DNA of 64,000 nt from an uncultured Acidimicrobiales bacterium (GCA_943788915.1 CALSSD010000010.1:682001-746000), one strand, 5' to 3'; counted from the stretch's first letter, positions 9,501 through 20,200 are shown. Translations and numbers: made by a program. Notes: generated from the letters alone by a model not told the origin.

Positions 9501-11513
9501 CTAGCCGTCAGCGAGGAGAGCGATGAACTCTTCGCCGGTCAGTACCTGGTACCGCTCGGGATCCGCTGCGACCAACGCGTCGACCTTGTCGACCTTGGCT
9601 TGCCCGGCGCTCTCGCCGATCACGTAACGAGTGACCTTGGCGCTCACCGACGATGCCGGGTCGCCACCCAGGGTCCGCACCGCTTCCTTGGCCTCGTCGC
9701 GTTTCATACCGCCAGGCAGCGTGCCCGTGACGAGCACCTTGTGTCCCGAGAACGGGGCTCCTTCGGCGACCTCGATTTCGGGCATCGGCATTGGTTCGAG
9801 GCCGAGCTCGGCGAGTCGGTCGAGGACGGGGGAGAGGGCGTCGAGGTCGGCGACGATGGCTTCGGCTCGGCCATCACCGATGCCGTCGACTTGGAGCAGG
9901 GTGTCGAAGTCAGCCGCTCGGATGGCTTCGAGCGAGCCGAAGTGTTCGGCTAATCGGCGGGCGAAGGTCCGGTTTACGAATCGGATCCCAAGCGAGCCGA
10001 GTACATGGTCGAGGCGGGTTGTCTTCAGCGAGGCAGTGATGATGTCGACGATCTTGGTCGACGAGTCGGTGATGCCTTCGAGGGTGGCCCAGGCCTCGGC
10101 GTTCAGCGCGAACACGTCGGCCAGATTGTCCACCAGTCCGGCATCGACGGCTTTCTTCAACGCGATCTTGCCTACACCGTCCCAGTCGAAACCATTGCGA
10201 CTGGCCGCGCTGGCCAAACGGGAACCCAGCGAACACGTGGGGCTGAAACACTTCGGACGGGCAGCCGAGAAGTCCAGAGGTTCACCACAGTTCGGGCAGA
10301 TCTGCGTGTCTTCGTAGGGGACCGAGTCGGCCGGACGTTCGCTGACCACGACCTCGACGATCTGGGGAATGATCTCATTGCGTTTGGTGACGACGACGGT
10401 GTCGCCAATGCGAACATCGAGTGCTCTGATGATTGCGGGATTGTGCAGTGATGCTCGTTCGACGGCGGTGCCAGCGAGCTGGACCGGTTCGCGGAGCACA
10501 GCGGTGTACGAGATTGCGCCAGTTTTGCCGACCGCGTTCTCGATGCGGTCGAGCACACCGAGAGCCGTCTCGGACGGGAATTTGAAGGCAATCGCCCAAT
10601 GCGGAATGCGGCTGCCTTCACCGAGTCGTTCCCGCATCGCTCGGTTGTTGACAGCGATGACGGCCCCGTCGAGCAGGTAGTCAAAGTCGACGTCGGCCAT
10701 AACAACACCAATCGTGTCGATATGGGCTCGTAAGGATGCTGCGCTGATTGGAGCGGTGTCGAAGATGGCTGTCAGCGGTGCGAGTTGAGGTTCGTCGGCC
10801 ACGACCATGAAACCGAGGTCGGCGAGTGCGAAGAAGTCATCGACCAGCGAATCGTTTGCGGACGCTGCGATCGAGAAGGCAACGAAACGCATAGGCGATT
10901 CGTACGTGCGGTCTTTGGTCGCCTGGTTCAGGGTCGGCCCGATGGGGTTGCGACGGTTAGCGAACGGCGTGCCCCGATTGGCCGACGCGACCGCAAGGTC
11001 TTCGTGGGTCATCACGACCTCGCCTCGGACTTCGATGTCGAGAGGCTGGGGGAGCGTGATTGGGAGATTGGCGATCAGGTCGCTGTTGTGGATGACCGAG
11101 GTGCCAAGTTCTCCATTGCCGCGAGTGATCACGTCGTCGAGGGTTCCGCCGACGTACCTGACGGCGAGCGCCACGCCATCGAGTTTGGGGGTCACGATCA
11201 GGGCGGTGTCCGCACCTACCCGGTCGATGAACTTCGTGAGCTCGTCGTCGGTGGTGACCTTGCCGAGCGACAACATCCTGATTGGGTGGGGAACGTCGCC
11301 CAACTCCTGGCCGCCAGCGACAGAGTTCAGGAATGACTCGACATCGGCCCGGTCAGAATCGAGTGCTGCCAGCTGATCGCGCAGCTCATCGAACTCGTCG
11401 TCGCCCATGATCGGCTCGCCCGATCGGTAGGCCTTTTCGGCGTCGACAAGTTGGTCGAGCAACATGCCAGCCGCGTCCGTGTTGCCAGGTGTGGGACTAT
11501 CCGCAGTCATCAC
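9501..11513 (-). CDS. ligA: NAD-dependent DNA ligase (divergent LigA-type)
   Basis: PKLDG adenylation motif, TRGNGELG, EVRGEV, AIAFKF, OB fold (ASLHN), C4 Zn finger CPNC...C...C, HhH repeats, C-terminal BRCT (LVTGTL...SVSAK). Confidence 0.9.
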   Translation of the reverse strand: MMTADSPTPGNTDAAGMLLDQLVDAEKAYRSGEPIMGDDEFDELRDQLAALDSDRADVESFLNSVAGGQELGDVPHPIRMLSLGKVTTDDELTKFIDRVGADTALIVTPKLDGVALAVRYVGGTLDDVITRGNGELGTSVIHNSDLIANLPITLPQPLDIEVRGEVVMTHEDLAVASANRGTPFANRRNPIGPTLNQATKDRTYESPMRFVAFSIAASANDSLVDDFFALADLGFMVVADEPQLAPLTAIFDTAPISAASLRAHIDTIGVVMADVDFDYLLDGAVIAVNNRAMRERLGEGSRIPHWAIAFKFPSETALGVLDRIENAVGKTGAISYTAVLREPVQLAGTAVERASLHNPAIIRALDVRIGDTVVVTKRNEIIPQIVEVVVSERPADSVPYEDTQICPNCGEPLDFSAARPKCFSPTCSLGSRLASAASRNGFDWDGVGKIALKKAVDAGLVDNLADVFALNAEAWATLEGITDSSTKIVDIITASLKTTRLDHVLGSLGIRFVNRTFARRLAEHFGSLEAIRAADFDTLLQVDGIGDGRAEAIVADLDALSPVLDRLAELGLEPMPMPEIEVAEGAPFSGHKVLVTGTLPGGMKRDEAKEAVRTLGGDPASSVSAKVTRYVIGESAGQAKVDKVDALVAADPERYQVLTGEEFIALLADG

Positions 11514-11755
11514 TTCGCATCATGCCAGACCGCTCCATCTTCTCGGCGGGATCTCGAGCGGTTTCTCGATCACAGCTTGCCTCGCGTCGGTGCCTGATGG
11601 GGGCGAACCCCTGGAGAGATTCGTGTCCGACCGGAGCTAGTCCATTCACGAGTTCCCCGAGCCGAGCAAGAAAGGTTCGTTTGGCCACTCACCAGATGGT
11701 GGGCGACAGGCGACTGCACATGCAGCCTGTTGCACGAAGCGATTACAGTCCGCGC

Positions 11756-12726
11756 ATGCATGCGATTCGAATTAGTGAGACCGGTGACCCTCAGGTAATG
11801 GCCCTTCGAGGAAGTCGATGAGCCGACTGCTGCGGCGGACGGCATCGTGGTCACAGTCGGTGCGGCCGGCGTGAACTACATCGACACCTACCACCGGTCA
11901 GGGCTCTATGAAATGCCGCTGCCATTCACCCCTGGGCTCGAAGGTTCAGGCACTATCACCGCGGCGGGCGGCGACGTGAGTCAATGGAACGTCGGTGACA
12001 AGGTGGCGTGGACCGGTGCCATAGGCAGTTATGCCGAACAGGTCGCCATGCCGGCAGCGTCGGCGGTTGCCGTCCCCGCCGGCGTCAGCGACGATGTCGC
12101 TGCGGCCGCAATGCTGCAGGGGCTCACCGCTCATTACCTGGTCGACAGCACCTACGCGCTGCAACAAGGCGACAAGTGTGTCGTGCACGCTGCTGCGGGT
12201 GGTGTTGGCCTGCTGCTCGTACAGATGGCCAAGATGCGAGGCGCCGAGGTCTTCGCAACCGTCGGCACCGACGAGAAAGCCGAGTTAGCCAGAGGGGCTG
12301 GTGCCGACCATGTGATCATGTACCGCCACGTCGACTTCGCTGAAGCCATCGAGCAGATTGCAGGCCCGAACGCCATCGATGTTGTGTACGACGGTGTCGG
12401 TGCCACCACCTTCGACGGCGGCCTGCGAGTGCTGCGACGCCGTGGCGTCATGGCCACGTTCGGCAATGCATCGGGCCCCGTTACCGCCATCACACCTATC
12501 GCAGCGAGCGCAGGCAAGTCACTGTTCGTGACCCGCCCCAGCCTGTTCGACTACATCGCCGAGCCAGGTGAGCTGCAAACGCGCGCCGACGAGATGTTTG
12601 GCTGGATCGCTGCGGGCGTCCTCGATGTCCGCATCGGTCTTGAACTGCCACTCGCGAGTGCCGTCGAGGCACACGAAGCTGCTGGAAGGTCGCCACACGA
12701 CCGGCAAGGTCCTGCTGCGCCCCTAA
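11756..12726 (+). CDS. qor: NADPH:quinone oxidoreductase (zeta-crystallin/Qor family) with apparent frameshifts near 11806 and 12680
   Basis: MHAIRISETGDPQVM / GVNYIDTYHRSG / HAAAGGVG / YDGVG, with the canonical C-terminus LEGRHTTGKVLLRP* in a shifted frame. Confidence 0.85.
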
Positions 12727-12729
12727 GGC

Positions 12730-12780
12730 GAAAAGTTACTTCCCCCGAAAAGTTACTTCCCCTGGGGAGGTAAACAATTC
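12730..12780. repeat. Palindromic REP-like element, family B (degenerate, left arm tandemly duplicated)
   Basis: GAAAAGTTACTTCCCC(C) x2 followed by TGGGGAGGTAA; related to the perfect palindrome at 21735-21769. Confidence 0.65.
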
Positions 12781-13867
12781 GTGTGCGGCGACGCGTCCGG
12801 TCCGCAGATAGTCGCCCTTTGTCGGCGAAAGAGCCTCGACCGTTGCCAGCGTGAGAACCGTCAGGCTGACCTGGTTCGCAGGGTCGATGAGGCAGAGTGC
12901 GTCCCATTCGAGTTCGGCAACCCGACGGCCGCTCGCTGCCATGATCACGGAACGGAAGGTGCCGTCGAGATGTTGACGACCTTGGCGTGCGAGCCCCAGT
13001 CCCCACCACACACACCGGTAGACCTTCCACCAGTGGAAACGTTCGTCACTCCACTCGCCACCGCCCGCTTCATAGCCACGCGCGAAGATCGCTCCGATTG
13101 GCGAAGCCCCCGATCTCAAGTGAGTCGTTACGGGCTCGCCACATGCGTTGCGCCAGCCATGCCAGGTCTTCGAAGGGCTCACCAATATGAGCGGTCTCCC
13201 AATCAAGAATGGCGCCGAGTCCGGTCTCGTTCACAATGATGTTGCCGTTGCGGGTGTCGCCGTGGATGGGCGTAACGGCTACCGGCGACGGTTGGTTATG
13301 GGTCAGCCACCGGACGACGAGCTCAAAAGCAGGAGAGCGTTGCAGCAGTTCGGACATTCCTTCGTCGATCCAGGCAAGGGCGGCGTCGACAGCGGTGCCA
13401 GGTGGGCGTTCGACGTCGGCAGGAACCTCGTCGATGCTGCGTACGTGCAGCCGCGCCAGCGACTCGCCGATCTGGTAAGCCACCGTTGCACCCAACCCGG
13501 GAGTGTCCGCGCATAATTCGACAACCCGCTTAGGGATCGTGACCCCAGAGATCTGCTGGGTGATGAAGAATGGGCCGCCCAGGATCGAGGCGTCGTCGCT
13601 CCACCCAACCACTTCGGCGACGTTCATGCCAGCACGGTGCGCAAGGTTCAGCCATTGGACCTCGTCGGGAATGGAACGAAACGCTTCACCCTCGTTTGGG
13701 AGCTGGGTGATACACAGCGCCCGGTCGGTGCCGTCGATCGTTGCGTCGAAGAGCACATTGATCCGCCGAGCCCCTGCCGTAACCGGTGACAGATTCGAGG
13801 TGGCCACGACGGCGTCGAGTTCGTCGCTTAGGTATCGGCTGAGCGTCTCGTTGGTGATCGATGCCAT
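12736..13867 (-). CDS. Aminoglycoside-phosphotransferase-like (APH/ACAD10-type) kinase, frameshifted near 13078
   Basis: IHGDTRNGN and ILDWETAHIGEPFEDLAW motifs; continues as GYEAGGG...GRRVAELEWD in the next frame. Confidence 0.8.
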
Positions 13868-13889
13868 GGACACAGTGTGGCAGAGCGGC

Positions 13890-15950
13890 TCAGACTGGCA
13901 GTAGAGGAGGCACAGGCAGGCGGACGGCGTCGGCGACAACTCGGATGAGTTCGGCTTCGTCGGCAGTCGTGGTTGCGTCGTGGGCCACAATGGCCATTGC
14001 ACCGGTAACGAATGTCTTGCGCCCGGCGAGCGTGAGTCGCGACAACCGATCGAGCGCAGTGTCGACTTCGGCTACCGACAGAGTGTCGACGGCCGGAAGA
14101 TCACGTGGGGCAAGGTTGCAGGCGACCAACGCAGCGGTGAATGCACCCGGGGCCCACTCGATGCCCGAACTGTTGAACCAGGCAATCGCGGCCAAAACGG
14201 TGATCGCTTCGGCCTCGAGATTCTCGAACTTCAGGTCGTGCTTTGACGAACCAGTGTCACGCTGATCATCGAGGTGACGCAGCATGACACGACGTAACAT
14301 CCACCGGAACAAGTCCTGTTGTGGATGCGAACTCTCGATCGTGAGGACCGTGTGACGCAGGGTTTCTTGGAACTCCCACGGTGTTTCTCGTATCGAATGC
14401 AGCGCGATGTCGATCGCTGGCAGTTGGAGCGGCCGGTCGAGCTTGCTGATTACTTGGCTCGCTGCCTCGAGGTAGGACGGCTCGAGACCTGTGGCCGATG
14501 CCGCGTATGCAAGATCTTTCTCCCGTTGGACCGGTTCGTCTGAAACGAGTAGGCCCAGTACCGATGCCACCGCTCCTCCCCGGGTGTGGAGGTAGTTCTG
14601 GGTCTCTTCGGGGATCCGGGCGAGCAACTCTCGGGCATAACTGATGTGGTCGTCGTTTGGGCCGTCAAAGTGCGGCGGCTGATACGACTGGGCGCCGGCC
14701 GCTTGGGGTGCTGACATATCGTGTGGTCCCGACAGGTCCTGTGGGGGCGCGACGTTGGGAGACGATTCAGCCGGTGAAGTTCGGCCCGAGGCCATGATTC
14801 CGCCGAGAAGGATTGCCGGGTCGAACGGCAGCGCCTTGTTGGCACTCATGCCCGGGAGGCCAGCCTGCCCTGGAAGCATCTGTCCAGAGTTGGTACCCCA
14901 TCCTGCCGCGTGGTCCTGGTTCGGAGCCTGCACTGGCGAAGCGACTTCGGGGGCCGGTTCGTGGAAGGTGCCATCCCAACTGGGCATGAGGCGCGAGATA
15001 CGAGTCTTGAGTGGCGGGTGAGTGGCAAAGGCGCTTGTCATCGGTGAACTGAAAAACAGATGACCGGCTTCAACGGCATGGGCGGACCGAATCTTGTTCT
15101 CACCGGCCATACCGCCGATCTTGCTGAGTGCTTCACCCAGACCATCGGGGTTGCGGGTGAACTGCACTGCAGACGCGTCGGCCAACAACTCTCGTTGCCG
15201 AGAGACCGCGGCCTGAATCATGCGGGCAAACAATGTTCCGACCGACCCAATGATCAACAGGCCAATACCGGCAGCCATCATCGCAAACACGATGCCGTTG
15301 TCGTCCTTGTTGTTGCTTCGTCGCCGCCGAGGAGCAAACCAGATTGACTCAAGCAAGATGCGGCCGAGCACGGTCAAGATGGCGATGCCGAAGACCCAGC
15401 CAATAATCCTGGTCTTGATTTTGGTGTCGCCATTGCGGATATGTGCGAATTCGTGCGCGATGACACCTTGGAGCTCGGCCCGAGTGAGGTGCTGTAACGC
15501 GCCTCGGGTCACGCCGATCGCGGAGTTGTCAGGGCTCCACCCGGCAGCGAACGCGTTGATGCCAGGTTCGTTGTCGAGCACGAATACCGCGGGAACAGCC
15601 ATGCCCGACGCAATGGCAATCTCTTCGACCACATTGCTGAGTTGTTTCTCGGCCGGGTCGAGAGTGTTGAAGTCGACCGATCGCCCGCCCATGGAAGTCG
15701 CAACGTAGGAACCGCCACCACTCTTGATCTGGGCTGACTTGGCCAGCGAAGCGCCGCCGACTCCAAGCAATGTCGCCGGCGCAGCGATGGCAATGGCAGC
15801 AAGGGGGTCGATCTCGCTAGTCGTATATGCCAACACAACCGTAAGTAATGCCGATACCAACGCAATGATTGCCACCACGCCAGCAGAGAACAGCAGCACC
15901 AGCTTGAACGTGCCTTGTTTTGCCTCGTCTTGATGGGTTTGAAAGTCCAT
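13890..15950 (-). CDS. M48 (HtpX-like) membrane Zn metalloprotease with long C-terminal extension
   Basis: INAFAAG, ELQGVIAHEFAH (HExxH), SRQRELLADASAV, FATHPPL; directly downstream of lemA. Confidence 0.9.
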   Translation of the reverse strand: MDFQTHQDEAKQGTFKLVLLFSAGVVAIIALVSALLTVVLAYTTSEIDPLAAIAIAAPATLLGVGGASLAKSAQIKSGGGSYVATSMGGRSVDFNTLDPAEKQLSNVVEEIAIASGMAVPAVFVLDNEPGINAFAAGWSPDNSAIGVTRGALQHLTRAELQGVIAHEFAHIRNGDTKIKTRIIGWVFGIAILTVLGRILLESIWFAPRRRRSNNKDDNGIVFAMMAAGIGLLIIGSVGTLFARMIQAAVSRQRELLADASAVQFTRNPDGLGEALSKIGGMAGENKIRSAHAVEAGHLFFSSPMTSAFATHPPLKTRISRLMPSWDGTFHEPAPEVASPVQAPNQDHAAGWGTNSGQMLPGQAGLPGMSANKALPFDPAILLGGIMASGRTSPAESSPNVAPPQDLSGPHDMSAPQAAGAQSYQPPHFDGPNDDHISYARELLARIPEETQNYLHTRGGAVASVLGLLVSDEPVQREKDLAYAASATGLEPSYLEAASQVISKLDRPLQLPAIDIALHSIRETPWEFQETLRHTVLTIESSHPQQDLFRWMLRRVMLRHLDDQRDTGSSKHDLKFENLEAEAITVLAAIAWFNSSGIEWAPGAFTAALVACNLAPRDLPAVDTLSVAEVDTALDRLSRLTLAGRKTFVTGAMAIVAHDATTTADEAELIRVVADAVRLPVPPLLPV

Positions 15951-15982
15951 GGGTTACACGACTCGGTAGAGCGTGTGCCAGT

Positions 15983-16609
15983 TCAGCCGTCGGTCGTTGG
16001 TCCGTCGTCGCCGAACGAAACTTCGATGTTGGCCCGCTTGTGGCTCTTCTCGTCGTCGCCTAGGTCGAGGTATGCGCTGTCCTTGAAGTTGAAGCTGTTT
16101 GCGATTACTACCGGTGGGAACGTCTGCTTGTAGGTCTGGTAATTGTTGACCTGATCGTTGTAGTTCTGGCGGGCGAACGCAATCTTGTTCTCGGTTGTTG
16201 TGAGTTCTTCGGTGAGTTGGGCCATGTTCTGGTTGGCCTTGAGATCGGGGTACGCCTCGGCCACGGCAAGGAGGCGGCCAAGTGCGCCTCCGAGAGCGCC
16301 TTCAGAGCTGGCCATCTTGGCCATGGCTTCCATATTCTGTGGGTCGCCGTTGACCTCGATACGGGCTTGGGTGGCAGAGGCCCGGGCCGCAATGACTGCT
16401 TCGAGTGTTTCGCGCTCGTGTCCCATATACCCCTTGACTGTTTCGACAAGGTTGGGGATTAGGTCATGGCGCCGCTCGAGTTGCACATCGATCTGGGCGA
16501 ACGCATTGACCGCCCGTTCGCGCAACTTGACCAGCTTGTTATACGCAGAGACAACAAAGGCGATGAGAAGCGCAACAATAACGAGAATGACAATGAGGGC
16601 GATGACCAT
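15983..16609 (-). CDS. lemA: LemA family protein
   Basis: N-terminal TM helix, AQIDVQLERRHDLIPNLV, AEAYPDLKANQN. Confidence 0.95.
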   Translation of the reverse strand: MVIALIVILVIVALLIAFVVSAYNKLVKLRERAVNAFAQIDVQLERRHDLIPNLVETVKGYMGHERETLEAVIAARASATQARIEVNGDPQNMEAMAKMASSEGALGGALGRLLAVAEAYPDLKANQNMAQLTEELTTTENKIAFARQNYNDQVNNYQTYKQTFPPVVIANSFNFKDSAYLDLGDDEKSHKRANIEVSFGDDGPTTDG

Positions 16610-16644
16610 CCCTCCAGCATAGGACGCAAGATGGTCCGGTGCCG

Positions 16645-16959
16645 TTACGCGATGATGTCGTGCTCTTGCGCAGCGCCATGGGTGTCGTACCCCGGCTTGA
16701 CCACCGCGAGCTTGCTGCGCACGAGTTCGAGGACGTCTGCATAGGCGGTTGCCTCGGCAGCGTCGTCGATTTCGAGGAGCGAATCAGGAAATGAAGTTGC
16801 GGATGGTTCACCCGCTGCCAACTCGCGGCCGATGATGCGGCACAGGTTTGCGGCGACCCGCGCTTGATGCTGAGCATGGGGAGCGGTCGCAGGTACGACA
16901 GTCGCACTTAACGTCTGCGCCACGACCTCGAGCAACTCAACCGCGGTGGGTCGATCCAT
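16645..16959 (-). CDS. Small helical protein resembling DUF6285 (usual partner of APH-like kinases)
   Basis: MDRPTAVELLEVV...QARVAANLCRIIGREL...VRSKLAVVKPGY. Confidence 0.65.
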   Translation of the reverse strand: MDRPTAVELLEVVAQTLSATVVPATAPHAQHQARVAANLCRIIGRELAAGEPSATSFPDSLLEIDDAAEATAYADVLELVRSKLAVVKPGYDTHGAAQEHDIIA

Positions 16960-17010
16960 GTACACGTCATCCACGCACACATCCTCGCGCATGGTCGTGG
17001 TCCAGACCCA

Positions 17011-17096
17011 GACATCCTCAAGCCCCGACATCCTCAAGCCCCGACATCCTCAAGCCCCGACACGCTCACGTTCACCTGATTTCGTTCACCTGATTT
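17011..17096. repeat. Two adjacent tandem repeats: 16 bp x3 (gacatcctcaagcccc) and 14 bp x2 (cgttcacctgattt)
   Basis: Read directly from the sequence at 17011-17062 and 17069-17096. Confidence 0.9.
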
Positions 17097-17142
17097 CCGG
17101 TTGAAGCGTTCGCGATGATCGCTAGCTCGTAGGGTCGAGGCA

Positions 17143-18357
17143 ATGAAGCCGCTGACTCAGCCGGAGCACGAGCGAGGGTCATCGGCGTTGCGCAGCTTGA
17201 TCCCGGGCGTCTACGCACCGTGGACAGCAGTGGCCTTGGGTCTTGGCATCTTGCTTGTGGCACTTCCTCTGTATCTGCTTGAGGTCGGGTTGTCCTTCAC
17301 TGCGACCTCGGTGGTGCTGGCGGCCGCAGGTTTCGGGTCGTTCGCCGGGGCCATCCCAAGCGGCGGCGCTATCGCCCGCTTCGGCGAAGGCAGGACCATC
17401 GCTATCTCGCTTGTGCTCGCAGCGGTAGCGATCGGCCTCACGGCGACGAGCAGCAATCCAGTAGCTCTCACAACGTTGCAGCTCGCTGTTGGGGCTGCTG
17501 CCACTGCGATGCGGCTTGCGTCGCTCACGACCATTACCCGATCGGTGCCAGCCCGTGGGCGGGGGCGAGCGAACTCCATGATGGGTGGCATACGTAGGTT
17601 CGGCAGCTTCGTGGGTCCGCTCACCGGCGGTGTGCTCGTCGACCAGATCGGGTTCAACGCCACGTTCCTTATCGCCGCAGCCGTGACCGCTGCTGGACTG
17701 TTGCCTCTAGCAAGGGGAGCACGATGCACTTCTGCTTCCGACATTGTCCCGGAACGACACGCAGTCGGGCTGCTTCGTGCTCTTCGTCAGCACCGACGGA
17801 TACTGCTCTTGTCCGCAAGCGGCCCATTCCTGATCATGGCTGCCCGACGAGGCCGCTCTGTCCTTTTGCCGTTGGTCGCTGCTGCGCTCGAAGTAAGCCC
17901 AACAGCCGTCGGCGTAATTGTGGCTATTGGCATGGGTGCCGACCTGATGTTGTTTCCGGTCGCTGGCTGGATCATGGACCGATTCGGTCGGCTGCGAGCA
18001 ATCGGCCCGGCGTTCATATTGATGGCGATTGGGCTTTTCGTATTGGGTGTGGTCGAGACAGCCACTGGCGTAGTGATCGCTGGTGCACTCATCGGTGTTG
18101 GAAATGGTTTGAGCTCTGGCACGATGATGACCTTGGCCTCAGACTTGGCGCCAAGAGAATCACCGAGTCAGTTCATTGCTGGTTTCAGCGCAGTCCAGGA
18201 TGGTGGGCAGATGGTCGGGCCGTTGCTCGTCGGGGTGGTTGCCGATGCGTTTGGACTCGGGGCCTCGTCGGTGATCCTGGGTGTCTTGTTGCTTGTGGGT
18301 GTCGGTCTGATCGTTGCCACCGTGGGGGAAACGATCAGCGACCCGGTTCACCCATAA
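17143..18357 (+). CDS. MFS transporter
   Basis: About 12 hydrophobic segments, AGWIMDRFGRL motif A. Confidence 0.9.
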   Translation: MKPLTQPEHERGSSALRSLIPGVYAPWTAVALGLGILLVALPLYLLEVGLSFTATSVVLAAAGFGSFAGAIPSGGAIARFGEGRTIAISLVLAAVAIGLTATSSNPVALTTLQLAVGAAATAMRLASLTTITRSVPARGRGRANSMMGGIRRFGSFVGPLTGGVLVDQIGFNATFLIAAAVTAAGLLPLARGARCTSASDIVPERHAVGLLRALRQHRRILLLSASGPFLIMAARRGRSVLLPLVAAALEVSPTAVGVIVAIGMGADLMLFPVAGWIMDRFGRLRAIGPAFILMAIGLFVLGVVETATGVVIAGALIGVGNGLSSGTMMTLASDLAPRESPSQFIAGFSAVQDGGQMVGPLLVGVVADAFGLGASSVILGVLLLVGVGLIVATVGETISDPVHP

Positions 18358-18456
18358 TGGCGTTCACCAGGGCCCTCAGTCCATAACAGTTTTGTGTCCT
18401 CATCGCTGCGTCCTCATCGCTGCGTCCCACGTCGCGGGTTGGTTGTCTGGCATCAG

Positions 18457-18491
18457 ACTGTATGATCCCATACGTTCTTGGGGCATACAGT
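18457..18491. promoter_or_regulatory. Candidate MarR operator (inverted repeat) upstream of the marR / beta-oxidation operon
   Basis: ACTGTATG...CATACAGT outer dyad with internal GTATG-atcc-CATAC. Confidence 0.4.
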
Positions 18492-18521
18492 AACGACGCC
18501 ACCTGGTCCGACTCTTCGTAT

Positions 18522-19031
18522 ATGGCAACTCCGGCACCGCACGCACTTAACGCTCCTCCGTGGCAGCGCATCGAAACAACGATGATGAGCACTGCGCGCG
18601 ATATCAGGCTTGCGTACGACAACTGCTTCGAGCCACTAAATCTCAACCTGTCGCAAGCATCGCTCGTTGGATACATCGCCGAAAACGGCCCAATGAACCA
18701 GACCCAGCTCGCAGCGGCGTTGGTGCTTGGCCGAGCTGCCACCGGTTCTCTTGTTGACCAGCTCGAGAAGCGGGGACTTGTGCAACGTGCCCCTGACCCC
18801 GACGACCGCCGAGTGTGGCTCGTTGAAAACACCGCTCATGGTGCGGATGTAGCGGTGGAGATCGTGAGTATCGACGAGCAACTCCGCAAACGAGTGCGCG
18901 TCGGAATAACCCGCGAAGAACGCCACCAACTCGCAGATCTACTGCTGCGCATGTCGGCCAACGCCGTCGCCGCAGTTGATGAAACGAAAACCCAATCCAA
19001 AACCAGTTCACCTGAAACAGGAGACAAGTAA
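18522..19031 (+). CDS. MarR family transcriptional regulator
   Basis: wHTH: NQTQLAAAL...LVDQLEKRGLVQR.PDPDDRRV. Confidence 0.88.
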   Translation: MATPAPHALNAPPWQRIETTMMSTARDIRLAYDNCFEPLNLNLSQASLVGYIAENGPMNQTQLAAALVLGRAATGSLVDQLEKRGLVQRAPDPDDRRVWLVENTAHGADVAVEIVSIDEQLRKRVRVGITREERHQLADLLLRMSANAVAAVDETKTQSKTSSPETGDK

Positions 19032-20200
19032 TGCAAGAAGCAGTCATCGTCGATGCTGTCCGCACCCCGGCTGGCAGGCGCAACGGTCAACTCTCTGAGT
19101 GGCATCCAGCTGACCTGGCAGCCCACGTACTGAAGGCCCTCGTCGACCGCAACGGCATCGATCCAGCCATCGTCGACGATGTCGTCATGGGTTGTGTCAT
19201 GCAGGTCGGTGAGCAAGCCCTGAACATCGGCCGCAACGCCGTGCTCGCTGCTGGTTGGCCAGAGTCCGTCCCGTCGACCACCGTCGATCGCCAGTGTGGA
19301 TCAAGCCAGCAGGCCATCCACTTTGCCGCACAGGGTGTTATGGCTGGCGCCTACGACGTGGTTGTCGCCGCTGGTGTCGAAGTCATGACCCGCACGCCCA
19401 TGGGTGCAAGCGTTGTCCCCGACTTGGGCTTCGCATTCCCTCAGTCCATGCAGGACCGCTACGCCGACACCGGCCTCCCTCCTCAGGGTGTGGGCGCGGA
19501 GATGATCGCCGATGAATACAACATCAGCCGTCGTGACCTCGACGAGTTCGGCGCAGAATCTCAGCGTCGTGCCGCCCTGGCAACCGCCGAGGGTCGTTTC
19601 GAAAACGAGATCATCCCGGTTCCGATCCAAGTTAATGGCGAGACCGTGATGATGACCAAGGACGAAGGCATCCGCGAAGGCACCACCGCCGACACGCTTG
19701 CTTCGCTCAAGACCCCATTCAAGGAAGACGGTAAGGTCACCGCCGGCAATGCCAGCCAGATCTCCGATGGCGCCGCCGCTGTCTTGATCATGAGCCGCGA
19801 AAAGGCCGAAGAACTTGGCCTCAAGCCGCGGGCTGTGTTCCGCCACTTCGCACTCGCTGGCACCGATCCAGTCACCATGCTCAAAGGCCCAATCCCGGTC
19901 ACCGAGAAGATCATGGAACGTTCAGGCATGTCTGTCGACGACATCGACCTGTTCGAAATTAATGAAGCGTTCGCTTCGGTCGTGCTTGCATGGCAGAAGG
20001 AAACTGGTGTTGACCTCGACAAGGTCAACGTCAACGGCGGAGCCATTGCGCTCGGCCACCCACTTGGCTGCTCCGGCGCCAAGCTCATGACCACCCTCCT
20101 CAACGAACTCGAGCGCACTGGCGGCCGCTACGGCTACCAGGCAATGTGCGAAGGTGGCGGTCTCGCTAACGGAACAATCATTGAAAGGGTTGATGCCTGA
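19031..20200 (+). CDS. Thiolase (acetyl-CoA C-acyltransferase)
   Basis: DRQCGSS, NEAFA, GHPLGCSG, CEGGG. Confidence 0.95.
   Translation: MQEAVIVDAVRTPAGRRNGQLSEWHPADLAAHVLKALVDRNGIDPAIVDDVVMGCVMQVGEQALNIGRNAVLAAGWPESVPSTTVDRQCGSSQQAIHFAAQGVMAGAYDVVVAAGVEVMTRTPMGASVVPDLGFAFPQSMQDRYADTGLPPQGVGAEMIADEYNISRRDLDEFGAESQRRAALATAEGRFENEIIPVPIQVNGETVMMTKDEGIREGTTADTLASLKTPFKEDGKVTAGNASQISDGAAAVLIMSREKAEELGLKPRAVFRHFALAGTDPVTMLKGPIPVTEKIMERSGMSVDDIDLFEINEAFASVVLAWQKETGVDLDKVNVNGGAIALGHPLGCSGAKLMTTLLNELERTGGRYGYQAMCEGGGLANGTIIERVDA

Noticed and set aside
17011..17096. Tandem repeats considered as a CRISPR array
   Set aside because: Units abut with no spacers, are only 14-16 bp long, and no cas genes are present
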